The notes beneath the pieces were generated by a model that was not told the DNA's origin, searched no databases, and saw only the letters and a list, made by a program, of their open reading frames with translations. From the NCBI GenBank assembly GCA_965228735.1, contig OZ245838.1:2272001-2336000 (forward strand): DNA of 64,000 nucleotides, written 5' to 3'. The position numbers were made by a program, and so were the translations under genes. This document shows, one piece after another, positions 1 to 9,611 of the stretch (its first letter is position 1; each line of letters opens with the position of its first letter). Source of the DNA: Planctomycetota bacterium (lineage in GTDB: Bacteria; Planctomycetota; UBA1135; UBA2386).

Positions 1-986
1 CCGATCGACGCATAGCGATCCGTGTTGCCGAAGGCCGTCACGGTCGCGATCGACAGGTTGTCGGGCACGAGACTCTTGAGCGTGACATCGTACACCCCGA
101 CCGCGAGGCGCTCGATCACCTGCGAGTCGTTGCGGCTGTAGGTCCCGTTGCTGTCCGTCCAGCGGCCGTCCGGTACGTAGGTCGGCGCGGTCGAATCATG
201 CGCATAGACGTGCGCACCCGAGCCGTCGAGCTCGGAGATCTCGCTCGCCGACTCGGTGTAGGTCAGGACGAAGCGGCCGTCGACGGCCGTGCCGGCACTG
301 TCGCGACAGCGGACCGTCGCCACGACGTCACCACCGACGTGGCCCCAACCGACGACGGTCGTTCGCAGCAGGCTCGACGCGTACGACGTCGCCTGCACGT
401 GGCCCTGCTCGGCACCAGGCGCCGCCGCGAGCCCCGGGAGTGTGACTTCGTAGGCGCCGACGTTGATGCGATTGATCGTCGGATTCGGCCGGTTGCCGTT
501 CCACGAGTACGCCGTCGACGGCGTGTACGACGAGCTGGTGGGATCGTTGGCCCAGAGGTAGGCCTGCCGCTGGGTGTCCTCCCCGCCGCGGCGGTAGTAG
601 ATCGTGAACCGACCGTTGTTGGCGGGCCCACCCGCCGGGTCGAACAGCTCGACATAGGTGACGACGTCGTTGCCGACCGTGGTCCAGTTGTTCACGACCG
701 CCGTGTGATTGCCGTCGTAGGCGCAGGCCTGCACGACGCCGGCGCTCGGCGCCATGTCCGTGAGCACGACGCGGAAGCGGTTCTGCTGCCCCGGGAAGCG
801 CTCGACCGTGATCGGCGACCCGCTCGCGGTGTACTGGTAGTCCATGCTCGGGATGAACATCGCGCCCTCGCCGACCGGGTCGACGTAGGCCCACGCGACA
901 TCCTGCGCCGCGAGCGAACTGATGGAGGAGACGGCCGCCGCAGCGACCAGGAAGCCGGTACGGACCGGTGCAAGGAGAAGATTCAT
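1..986 (-). CDS. Secreted repeat protein, 3' end outside the window (absent from the ORF track)
   Basis: Manual translation from ATG at 986: MNLLLAPVRTGFLVAAAAVSSISSLAAQDVAWAYVDP..., open to position 1. Signal peptide, then about three ~105-aa repeats. Confidence 0.85.
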   Translation of the reverse strand, partial: MNLLLAPVRTGFLVAAAAVSSISSLAAQDVAWAYVDPVGEGAMFIPSMDYQYTASGSPITVERFPGQQNRFRVVLTDMAPSAGVVQACAYDGNHTAVVNNWTTVGNDVVTYVELFDPAGGPANNGRFTIYYRRGGEDTQRQAYLWANDPTSSSYTPSTAYSWNGNRPNPTINRINVGAYEVTLPGLAAAPGAEQGHVQATSYASSLLRTTVVGWGHVGGDVVATVRCRDSAGTAVDGRFVLTYTESASEISELDGSGAHVYAHDSTAPTYVPDGRWTDSNGTYSRNDSQVIERLAVGVYDVTLKSLVPDNLSIATVTAFGNTDRYASI

Positions 987-1118
987 GACGATCGAGAAGC
1001 GGTTCGTGGGGACTGTTCGCAGGAGCGGCCAAGACCCTCGGCCCTGACCCCTCTCACGAGCGCCACGCCCACCCCGATGCGGACACCCATCTAGAGTGGC
1101 CTGTCGCCGAACGTCGTC

Positions 1119-2570
1119 TCAGCGCGAAAGCCGCGACCACAACGCGTGGTCCGCGTCGCCCGGCTTGCGCAGGTACCGCAGCCCCGCCGCGAACATCCGA
1201 CACGCGGTGTCGGGATCGGCGGCCGCCACCTCCGCGAGCAGCGCGGCGGCGAACTTGTAGTCGTGGTGCTCGTGCACCTTGCGCACGAGCCAGCGGCGCG
1301 CCATGCGGCCGTACTCTTCGAGGCGCTCGGCCCCGGCGGCCAGCACCGCCGACGCAGCGGCTTCGTGATCTCGTGCCGCGAGCTCGAACGGGTCGGCGAC
1401 GGCTGCCCCCGCCGGTTCGATGCGATCGAGTCCCGGCGCGTCGGCGCCGTAGCCGGACCGGCCCGCGAGGAAGTCGCGATACAGCACCTGCCACGACGCG
1501 GCCTGCAGCATCGCCATCGCGCGTGTTTCCGGCTGCCGCGCCCGCGCCGCCGTGTAGCGGAACGCGTCGATCGAAGTCACGGCGTGGACCGAGAGGATCC
1601 CCGGCAGGCGCCAGACCTGCTCCGCGGCGAACAGCCGCAGCGTGTTCCAGAAGATCCCCGGATCGAGTCCATCCACGATCCGGTCGAGCACCGCCGCGGC
1701 GACCCGGTCCGGGTCGGCGCCACGCAGCAGCTCGAGCAACGCGGCATCGGGACCCGCGGTCGAACGCGACGCTTCGGGGGCGCGATCCGGCATCGCCTTG
1801 GCCAGGGCCTTCGCCCGTTCACCGTTGCTCCGGAACGTCGCATCCGCATCGGCCGCGGGTTCGTCGAGCAGGCCGTGCGCGAGCGACCGCATGACGTCGG
1901 TGCCGTGCCGCCAGCCGATCTGCTGCAGCGTGCGATGCGATTGCGCGACGAAGATCGGATGGTGCCCGATGTTGGTGAAGTCGCGCATCCCGAACCACCA
2001 GAGCGGCTCGAATGCCGCGTCGAGGTCGGCACACTGAGCCAGCTGGACGGCGGCGGCGTCGGCGGCCGCGCCGTCGCGCTCCGACAGTGCGCCAGCAAAG
2101 CGTTCGATCGCGGCGACCGGATCAGCGGCCGGCTCGACCTTCGACGCTTCGAGCTGCCAATCCTCGCCGCCACGCGCGTCACGCGCCTGCGATTGCTTGA
2201 AGTCGTCGAGGTTGTAGAGCGCGACGGCCAGGCGCTCGTTCGCGGGCAGCCGGGCCGCGATCTGATACGCCGAACTCGTCATCATCACGCAGTGGAACTG
2301 GAAACCGACCGGCCGCGGTTCGACGTCGCGGATTCCCGCGAGGAACGCGGCCGCGAGCAGGTCACGCCAGTCGACGCCGTTCTGATGGAGCGCCAGTGCG
2401 CGATCGAGCAACTCGGCGCGCTTCATCGCGCGAACGAGCGCCACGAGCTCATCGAGCCCATGGCCATCGAGTCGCGTGATCCCGCTCGAGCCACCCGTTC
2501 CGCCAGGTCGGCCGGCGAGGAAGCCGGCGCTCATCCCACCGAGAAACGAACGACGATCACAGCCAGACAT
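1119..2570 (-). CDS. Tat-exported hypothetical protein with His motifs (possible metalloenzyme)
   Basis: AAGGAG RBS before ATG 2570; twin-arginine signal DRRSFLGG; motifs FHCVMMTS, GHHPIF, VHAVTS, HEHHDYKF. Confidence 0.75.
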   Translation of the reverse strand: MSGCDRRSFLGGMSAGFLAGRPGGTGGSSGITRLDGHGLDELVALVRAMKRAELLDRALALHQNGVDWRDLLAAAFLAGIRDVEPRPVGFQFHCVMMTSSAYQIAARLPANERLAVALYNLDDFKQSQARDARGGEDWQLEASKVEPAADPVAAIERFAGALSERDGAAADAAAVQLAQCADLDAAFEPLWWFGMRDFTNIGHHPIFVAQSHRTLQQIGWRHGTDVMRSLAHGLLDEPAADADATFRSNGERAKALAKAMPDRAPEASRSTAGPDAALLELLRGADPDRVAAAVLDRIVDGLDPGIFWNTLRLFAAEQVWRLPGILSVHAVTSIDAFRYTAARARQPETRAMAMLQAASWQVLYRDFLAGRSGYGADAPGLDRIEPAGAAVADPFELAARDHEAAASAVLAAGAERLEEYGRMARRWLVRKVHEHHDYKFAAALLAEVAAADPDTACRMFAAGLRYLRKPGDADHALWSRLSR

Positions 2571-2687
2571 GCGAAACTCCTTGGCGTTGCGGGGTTGCCC
2601 GTCGACGAGACACCCAGCTTCGCACATTCGCGAAAGCGCCGCACGCCACAGGGCCGCTTTGCACGCCGCCCAGGAAACGCTCCCTTG

Positions 2688-3113
2688 TCACCAGAGCGAG
2701 ATCTGTCGCCCTTGTTGCGCGGGCCGGACGATCCAGGCGCCTGTGTTCGGCTCATGGTGCAGCGCGAACGCGTCGACGTGGAATCGAAACGGCAAGAGAG
2801 CCGATGGAACCGCAAGCGTCGCGGTCGACACGATCGGCACGATCACATCTGGCGACTGAAACAACAAACACGCCGGCGGCACCAGCGGGTAGCCGACGCG
2901 TTGCCAGTTCGTACTGAGCGCCAGCCACTGGCCATGGGCCAAGAACGGGTTGTAGCTGAACAGCAGTTCGCAGGTGCCCGGCAGGTAGCCGACCCCCAGC
3001 ACTGCCCCGCCATTGCATGGCGTGCCGCTCGGAGTCACGAAGATCCCCTGCACGCTGCACTGCGCGGTGAGCGAGCCAACGAACAGAGCCGCGAGTGAAG
3101 CGGTGCGAAGCAT
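2688..3113 (-). CDS. Small secreted protein resembling a stand-alone copy of the shared C-terminal domain
   Basis: Signal peptide MLRTASLAALFVGSLTAQ; GTPCNGG, ACLLFQSPD, LAVP, FHVDAF. Confidence 0.65.
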   Translation of the reverse strand: MLRTASLAALFVGSLTAQCSVQGIFVTPSGTPCNGGAVLGVGYLPGTCELLFSYNPFLAHGQWLALSTNWQRVGYPLVPPACLLFQSPDVIVPIVSTATLAVPSALLPFRFHVDAFALHHEPNTGAWIVRPAQQGRQISLW

Positions 3114-3218
3114 TGTGAGATCGTCCGTCACATCACCCTCACGGGCAAGCCAATCGCTGGCCGACGCAGCGAGGGTCTAACCTTCGGCGAACTGCGAGTT
3201 CGACAAACTGCCGCGCAC

Positions 3219-3548
3219 CTACGAATCGGACATGTCGATCGAACGCGACAGGAAGTCGAGCTCGTGGATCCGTTCGGCGGCCTCGAGAACTGCGTCGAGT
3301 GGACCACGCACCCAGAGCGTGTTCGTGCGCGGCTCGGCGTGGATCGATACCGGCCCCCGCCCGACGAAGCGGCCATAGCCGCGGGCGCAGTAGACCCCGA
3401 ACACGACGACATCGAGGATCCACTCGACTTCGTCGACGTGCACGAAACGCAGCGGGATCGACAGTTCGTACTCCTCGATGGCCGGCGCCGCCCCGCAACC
3501 GGATGCCACGGCCACCGCAATCAGGGCAAAGTTCCGGACGCGGCTCAT
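3219..3548 (-). CDS. Small lipoprotein with a single secretin N-type (NolW-like) domain
   Basis: Lipobox ASGC; IPLRFVHVDEV and SIHAEPRTNTLWVRGPLDAVLEAAERIHELD resemble Secretin_N repeats. Confidence 0.6.
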   Translation of the reverse strand: MSRVRNFALIAVAVASGCGAAPAIEEYELSIPLRFVHVDEVEWILDVVVFGVYCARGYGRFVGRGPVSIHAEPRTNTLWVRGPLDAVLEAAERIHELDFLSRSIDMSDS

Positions 3549-3609
3549 CGCCGGTTCGACGGGCGAGAGCGCCCGATCTTGCGCCCTCGCCGCCGCAACC
3601 AGAGGCCGG

Positions 3610-4887
3610 CTACCCGCCGATCACGATGCGCGCGGCCGACGTCGCCATCGAGCCCCCCGTCGTGACATCGAGCAGCGCGCCCTGCACGTAGATGCAGACG
3701 CCGTTCAGCGGCGTGTTCGGGATGGCGAACGGGAACGACACCGGGTTGCCCGGTCCGGTCCACGGCGACGTCGAGATCAGCGTCGCGCCGGGCGGGATGC
3801 CGATGAGCAGGTTGCCGGTGACGCCCGGCAGCGGCGTGCCGCACGGCAGGTTCGGATCACCCGTGAGGCTGAACGCGACGCCGGCGACCGACTGCCCCGG
3901 CGTCGTGACCGGCGGGTTGGGACCGTCGACGTCGATCGTCAGCGCGCTGCCGAGCACGGGTGAGCCGGCGACCGCGAGCGTGCCAGCGAGCGACGTCGTG
4001 CAACCCGGGATGTCATCGACGCTGCCGGCTGCGAGGACCGCGACGTTGTCGAACGCGAGCACGTTCCCGGCGACCGTGCCGCCGGCGAAGAACCGGAAGC
4101 CCGTCGGACTCGCGGCTCCCGCGCTGCCCCCCTCGAGGTAGCGATCCACGGGGTTGAACGTCGTCGTCACGGGAATCGCCGACGACAGGTCGGTGATGCG
4201 AACCTCGAGCACCTGATTGTTCGTGAGATCGACGTCGGTCTCCCAGCGATACCACGAATCGACCAGGAGGTTCTGGAACGCGGGATCCCCCACCGACTCG
4301 GTGAGCTGCGTGCCCGCCGAGTCGAACCAGATGTAGTCCGCGTTCCAGGTGGCCGCCGTCGCGGTGTCCGTCCAACGCGCGAGCATGATGAAGCTCTGCC
4401 CGCCGGGGAACGGTTGCGCCGAGAGGCTGCCGAGGTTCTGCGCGGTCGGCAGCGTGCCGACGAACTTGGCGCAGATGTCCGTGGCGAACGTCCACACGCC
4501 TCGGTCACAGCCGTACGGCATGTCACGCTGCGCGCGCGCGAACGTCGGGCTCGCCGGCCCCTCGCCGACGATGAAGATCGCGCCGCCGTTCGGGTTGTCC
4601 GGAATGCCGTAGTCGTTGAGGCCCGGCAACGGCGCGCCGCCCGTGTAGAACTGGGCATTGAACGGCGCGCTCGTCGTGTTGGCCGGCAGGTAGTAGCCGT
4701 CCTGCCCCGGGGTGCCGGCAACGGCCGACGGATCCCAGAGCGCGGGGGCGAACGGCGTCGTCGGGCTCGCCGTGACTTCGAGCGCTTCGAAGTCCGAACC
4801 GTACTGGGCCGTCAGCGCGGCGGTCGAACCGAGCGTGGCAACGACGATGAGGGAGAGGGAACGAGACCGACCGAGCAGGCGTGGCAT
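3610..4887 (-). CDS. Secreted protein with shared C-terminal domain
   Basis: Signal peptide ending ALTA-Q; beta-sandwich-like core; tail PGC...SPVLG...IPNTPLNGVCIYVQG. Confidence 0.85.
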   Translation of the reverse strand: MPRLLGRSRSLSLIVVATLGSTAALTAQYGSDFEALEVTASPTTPFAPALWDPSAVAGTPGQDGYYLPANTTSAPFNAQFYTGGAPLPGLNDYGIPDNPNGGAIFIVGEGPASPTFARAQRDMPYGCDRGVWTFATDICAKFVGTLPTAQNLGSLSAQPFPGGQSFIMLARWTDTATAATWNADYIWFDSAGTQLTESVGDPAFQNLLVDSWYRWETDVDLTNNQVLEVRITDLSSAIPVTTTFNPVDRYLEGGSAGAASPTGFRFFAGGTVAGNVLAFDNVAVLAAGSVDDIPGCTTSLAGTLAVAGSPVLGSALTIDVDGPNPPVTTPGQSVAGVAFSLTGDPNLPCGTPLPGVTGNLLIGIPPGATLISTSPWTGPGNPVSFPFAIPNTPLNGVCIYVQGALLDVTTGGSMATSAARIVIGG

Positions 4888-5224
4888 GGCAACTCCATCG
4901 CAGGTCCCCGCCCGACGACCGCCCGTCGAGACGATCCTCGCACGATAGAGGATCGCGGCACCACACACGACATTCTGCCCGATTGATCCGCGTTGCGGCC
5001 CGCCGTGGAAGGAAGGCAATGGGACCTCCGATCGCGGCATCAGGGGTGGACAGGCTCGCAGGGCGACCGCGAAGATCCGTCCCCGCGAACGAGTTGCCTC
5101 GGGAAGCCGCCACACCGGTGCCGACCCGCGCGAATCGGCGAGCGCTCCGCCGCCGCCCTCTCGCCCTCGCTTCGCGGCCACGCCACAACCAAGAATCCAC
5201 CCCCCTAGAGAGAATCCACGAACC

Positions 5225-6601
5225 ATGACCAGTCTCACGCTGTCCACCAGCGCGGTGCTCGCCCTCGCCGTCGCCGCCACCGCTCAGATCACCCCGCTCA
5301 GCTCGTTCGGCACGAACGGCTGGCTCGCCCCGGGCTCGTCGGCCTTCCTGAACAGCGCCGCGAGCACCGAGCGCGGCATGGCCTACAACCCCGCCACGGG
5401 CAATCTCGTGCTCGTGAGCCGCGCGGGCGGCAACAACGTGCGCATCATCGACGGCGCGACCGGCACGGACCTAGGCGGCCTCGACACGACCGGCGTCAGC
5501 GGCGGCACGTTCGCCGTCAACATGGCCGGCTGCGGCGATGACGGCGCGATCTACGTCGGCAACCTCGCGATCGGCGCGAACTTCAAGGTCTACAAGTGGA
5601 ACGACGAGACCCTCGCCGTCGCGCCCTCGACCGCGTTCGATGGCGCGACCGGCGCCAGCCGCGCGGGTGACTCGTTCGCCGTCTTCGGCGGCGCCACGGC
5701 GCGCTTCGCGGCCGCGGGCTCGAGCAACGCGCTCAACAGCAACTTCTACATCGGCCGCCTCGACGGCACGAACGGCGGCACGTTCTACTCGGCGATCACG
5801 GGCACCGGCACGGCGTCCAACGACTACCGCCTGTCGCTCACCTTCGTCGACGCGACGAACATCATCGGCAACCAGGGCGGCCTCGCGCGCTACACCAACT
5901 ACACCGGCGCGACGGCCACGGTCGTCGACTCGATCCCGCTCGGCGGCGCCGCGCAGCGCGCGCTCGACTACACGACGATCAACGGCACGCCCGTGCTCGC
6001 CGTCATCGACTCCAACTCGTCGAACGTGAGCGTGTTCGACATCACGGCACCCGCCACCCCGATCCTGATTGGTGTCGGCAACGCGACGACCGGCACGCTC
6101 GCGAGCAACGGCAACGGCTCGGGCAGCGTGCAGTGGGGCGCCGTCAACGGCAACACGGCGACGCTCTACGCGATGAACACCAACCAGGGCATCCAGGCGT
6201 TCGAAGTCACGATCGGCCAGGCTTCGTCGTCGAACTTCGGCACCGGCTGCGGCGCGCCGGCGTTCCAGCTCGACGCTAGCGCCGCCCCCGTGCTCGGCAC
6301 TTCGTTCGACCTCGTGACCTCGAACGGCGCGCCCGCCGCCGGGCTGCACTTCTACGTCCTCGGCTTCGTCAACTTCCCGGCTGGCCTGCCGCTGCCGTTC
6401 GGCGGTTCGGGCTGCTCGCAGTACATCGATCCGCTCGTCACCGTGGCGATCCCCGCGGCCGCCGGCTCGGCGACACTGTCGCAGAACTACCCGGCGAGCT
6501 CGATCTTCGTCGGCGTGCCGGTCTACGCCCAGGCGCTCGCCTTCGACGCGGGCGCGCTGTTCTCGACGAACGGCACCGAGCTGATCCTCGGTAACTACTA
6601 A
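5225..6601 (+). CDS. Secreted DUF4623-like beta-propeller protein with shared C-terminal domain
   Basis: Signal peptide; ERGMAYNPATGNLVLVSR...GGTFAVN...DDGAIYVGNL; tail FGTGC...PVLG...GC...VGVPVYAQ...STNG. Confidence 0.85.
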   Translation: MTSLTLSTSAVLALAVAATAQITPLSSFGTNGWLAPGSSAFLNSAASTERGMAYNPATGNLVLVSRAGGNNVRIIDGATGTDLGGLDTTGVSGGTFAVNMAGCGDDGAIYVGNLAIGANFKVYKWNDETLAVAPSTAFDGATGASRAGDSFAVFGGATARFAAAGSSNALNSNFYIGRLDGTNGGTFYSAITGTGTASNDYRLSLTFVDATNIIGNQGGLARYTNYTGATATVVDSIPLGGAAQRALDYTTINGTPVLAVIDSNSSNVSVFDITAPATPILIGVGNATTGTLASNGNGSGSVQWGAVNGNTATLYAMNTNQGIQAFEVTIGQASSSNFGTGCGAPAFQLDASAAPVLGTSFDLVTSNGAPAAGLHFYVLGFVNFPAGLPLPFGGSGCSQYIDPLVTVAIPAAAGSATLSQNYPASSIFVGVPVYAQALAFDAGALFSTNGTELILGNY

Positions 6602-6639
6602 TCGTCGAGGGCGATCGCAAAAGGGGCTCGCCAACATCA

Positions 6640-6683
6640 GCGAGGCGGCAACGGCCGCCTCGCGCCCGCCCGCGGGCGGGCGC
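6640..6683. terminator. Two adjacent GC hairpins between convergent genes (possible bidirectional terminator)
   Basis: GCGAGGCGGC-AACG-GCCGCCTCGC at 6640-6663 and GCGCCCGCC-CGCG-GGCGGGCGC at 6662-6683; no U-tract. Confidence 0.45.
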
Positions 6684-6689
6684 CGCCGG

Positions 6690-9611
6690 TCACTTGCCCA
6701 GGATCGCGTTCGCCCGGCGGCGGAGCTCGTGGGTGTCGATGTCGCGCTCCTGGAGGTCCTTCAGCGTGCGTTCGAGCAGCGCCGTGTCGATCTCGGCGGG
6801 CGGCAGGCGCAAGATCGCCGCGCAGAGGCGGACTCGCGTCCGGTTGTCGTGCGGCCACTGGGCGAGGAACCGCGACCGGAGCTCGATCTCCTCCGCGTGC
6901 CGGCCGAGCCGTTTCAGCAGACCCATCGCGGGATACCACGCCTCCTGCAGGCGCGGTTGATTGCGCCGCGCGTCCGCCAGCAACGCCAACGCCTCCTCGT
7001 TCTGGCCCGCCTGCATGCGGAGGCCGGCCAGGTTGACGCGTGCCTCGCCATCGTCGGGATCGAGCTCCATGACGCGCAGGAACGCCTCCTCCGCAGCCGC
7101 CGGCTTCTTCTGCGCCCGCCGAAGCTTGCCGAGTTCGCGATGGACGTCGGCGCTCTCTGCACCGAGCTCGAGTGAGCGCTGCACCGCCCGCTCGGCGCCG
7201 TCGAGGTCCCCGGCGCGACGGCGCGCCATCGCCAGCGACTTCCACCCATGCAGGCGCGTCGGCCACGCGCGGGTGACGAGGTCGAACGCCTCGGCGGCGT
7301 CGGCCGGCCGGCCCGCGCTCAACAGGATCGTCCCGCGCGCCGAATGGCAGGTGATGCTGCCCGGGCTGTGTTCACAGGCGCGTTCCGCATCGGCGAGCGC
7401 TTCGGGGATCCGACCGCGCGCGAGATGGAATCGCGCCCGCGACCACCACGGCGTCGCGGCGTTGGGGCCGGCCTTCATCGCCCGCTCGAAGGCGGCAAGC
7501 GCTTCCTCGGGTCGATCGAGGCGCCCCAGGACCCGGCCCTCGATCGCGATCGAGATGAAGTTGTCAGGGTTCAGCTGCAGAGCCTTCTGCACGGCTTCGT
7601 ATGCCTGCGCCGGCTCGCCCATCGCCAACAGTGCGCGGGCGAGGCCCTGCCAGACCACGCTCGCGTGCGGCGCGAGCTCGGCGACCTTCCGATACACGGC
7701 GAGCGCGCGCTCGGCGCTCTTGGCTTCCAGCGCCCGCGCGAAACGCGCGTGGATCTGCGGCAGATCGGGTTCGAGTTCCAGCGCCCGCATGAGATCCGCG
7801 AGCGCGGCATCGGGGTCGTAGTCGACGAGCGCGAACCCACACCAGTAGCGCGCGAACGCCGAGTCCGGCCAGAGCCGCCGCGTCGCGTCCGCCACGTCAC
7901 GAAGTTGCTGCCGATCGCCGAGATGCATCAGCGCGTGCAGGTGCTGGCAGTGGTACAGCGCCCGCGGCTCCGGCGCGCGCATGATCGCGCGGTGCATCGA
8001 ACGCGCAGCGGCGAAGTACTTCGTCCGGTCGCCGTCGTCGTGGCCCTCCTCGATCTGCAGCATTCCGCGCACGAACCAACCGAGGGCCGATTCGGGCTCG
8101 GGTGCCGCGCTGCGCAGTTCGAACTGCTCCGCAACGTCGGGCGCGATCGCACGGAGCTCGGCCAGATGCGCCCGCATGGCCTCGTCCTCGCCCGCCAGCC
8201 ACTTCGCGAAGACGATCCCGGCCACTGACTCCGGCAGATCCGGCACGAGGTCGTAGGCCGCCTGCGCGAGCGGTTCCGCGGTGTCCCCGAACCCGAAGTC
8301 CGCGCCCATCATGATCGTCTCGAGCAGCCGCTCGACCTCGACGATGCGCTCGGCCCGCGCCGCGCTCCGGATCCGCGGCAGTTCCCAGAACAGGTAGCCC
8401 GACACGACGAGGCCGGCGAAGACTGCCGCGAGCAGCCCGACGCGCTGCGGCTGCCGGCGGGCCGCCTGCCAGACGCGCGACGCGACCGTGCGACGCCGCG
8501 CCCGGACGGGCTGCAGATCGAGGAAGCGCCGCAGATCGGCCGCGAACGCCGCCATCGATTCGTAACGCGCGGCCGGCTGCTTCCGCATCGCCTTGTCGAG
8601 CACCGCGACGAGATCCGCCGGCAGCTCCTTCGTGCGCCCTCGCAGCAGGACCGGATCGTGATGCCGCACCCGTTCGAGAACGGCGTTCGTGCTCTCGGCC
8701 TCGAACGGGCGCGCACCGAGCAGGGTCTCGTAGAGCACGACCGCGAGCGAGAACACGTCCGATCGCGCGTCGACCGTCGCCTCGCCGGCGGCCTGCTCCG
8801 GTGACACGTAGTGCGGCGTGCCGAGGAAGTCCCCGCTCCGCGACAGGTGCGGATCGCTCATGTCACGCGCGAGCCCGAAGTCGCTGAGCAGAACGGTGCC
8901 GTCCCGACGCAGCAGCACGTTCGCGGGTTTGACGTCGCGATGCAGGATGCCCTCGTCGTGCGCGGCGCTCAGAGCCTCGGCAACGGTGAGGACGAGGCGC
9001 ACGGCCGCCTCGACGTGGCTGCGCCCGACGAGCCGTTCGCCCGCATCCGCCTCGCCGAGGCAGGACCGCACGGCCCGCGCGATGCTGCCGCCGTCGCGCC
9101 GCGGCTCGAGTGCCGCGAGCGCGTCGGCGAGCGAGCACCCATCGACGCACTCCATCGCGTGATAGGGCACCTCGTCGAAGAACCCGGCCTCGTAGACGGG
9201 CACGATGTGCGGGTGATTGAGACGACCGAGCAGCTCGCCCTCGCGCCGGAAGCGGGCGACCAGGTCGGGCCGCATCACGAGCGGCTGCGCGAGCACCTTG
9301 AGCGCGACCCGCCGACCGAGCGAACGCTGCACGGCCTCGTAGACGACCCCCATGCCGCCCCGGCCGATCTCACCGACGATGCGGAAGTCGCCGAACCCCT
9401 GCTCCGTCCCCGGTTCGGCGACGGACTCGTTCGTCTGCGCTTCCCCCTGGGCCGGCGACTCCTCGGCGAACATGGGCGCGAGCAGATCCCGAAGCGTCGG
9501 ATGCCGCTCGAGCAGTTCGGCATCGCTGCAATCGGGTTGCTCCTGATGCCGCAGCCACAACTCGAGCGCCTCGCTGAGCCGCTCCATGCCCGCGCGCGAC
9601 GGTTCGCTCAC
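6690..9611 (-). CDS. Hanks-type Ser/Thr protein kinase with TM helix and C-terminal TPR repeats
   Basis: GRGGMGVVY, VALK, HRDVKPAN, DFGLA, GTPHYVSPE; many TPR-like helices; GTG start overlaps the upstream ECF stop (GTGA); alternative ATG at 9587. Confidence 0.92.
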   Translation of the reverse strand: MSEPSRAGMERLSEALELWLRHQEQPDCSDAELLERHPTLRDLLAPMFAEESPAQGEAQTNESVAEPGTEQGFGDFRIVGEIGRGGMGVVYEAVQRSLGRRVALKVLAQPLVMRPDLVARFRREGELLGRLNHPHIVPVYEAGFFDEVPYHAMECVDGCSLADALAALEPRRDGGSIARAVRSCLGEADAGERLVGRSHVEAAVRLVLTVAEALSAAHDEGILHRDVKPANVLLRRDGTVLLSDFGLARDMSDPHLSRSGDFLGTPHYVSPEQAAGEATVDARSDVFSLAVVLYETLLGARPFEAESTNAVLERVRHHDPVLLRGRTKELPADLVAVLDKAMRKQPAARYESMAAFAADLRRFLDLQPVRARRRTVASRVWQAARRQPQRVGLLAAVFAGLVVSGYLFWELPRIRSAARAERIVEVERLLETIMMGADFGFGDTAEPLAQAAYDLVPDLPESVAGIVFAKWLAGEDEAMRAHLAELRAIAPDVAEQFELRSAAPEPESALGWFVRGMLQIEEGHDDGDRTKYFAAARSMHRAIMRAPEPRALYHCQHLHALMHLGDRQQLRDVADATRRLWPDSAFARYWCGFALVDYDPDAALADLMRALELEPDLPQIHARFARALEAKSAERALAVYRKVAELAPHASVVWQGLARALLAMGEPAQAYEAVQKALQLNPDNFISIAIEGRVLGRLDRPEEALAAFERAMKAGPNAATPWWSRARFHLARGRIPEALADAERACEHSPGSITCHSARGTILLSAGRPADAAEAFDLVTRAWPTRLHGWKSLAMARRRAGDLDGAERAVQRSLELGAESADVHRELGKLRRAQKKPAAAEEAFLRVMELDPDDGEARVNLAGLRMQAGQNEEALALLADARRNQPRLQEAWYPAMGLLKRLGRHAEEIELRSRFLAQWPHDNRTRVRLCAAILRLPPAEIDTALLERTLKDLQERDIDTHELRRRANAILGK

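Noticed and set aside
1146..3098. 650-aa plus-strand ORF
   Set aside because: Antisense shadow of real minus-strand genes; Arg-rich with no motifs, typical of high-GC DNA.
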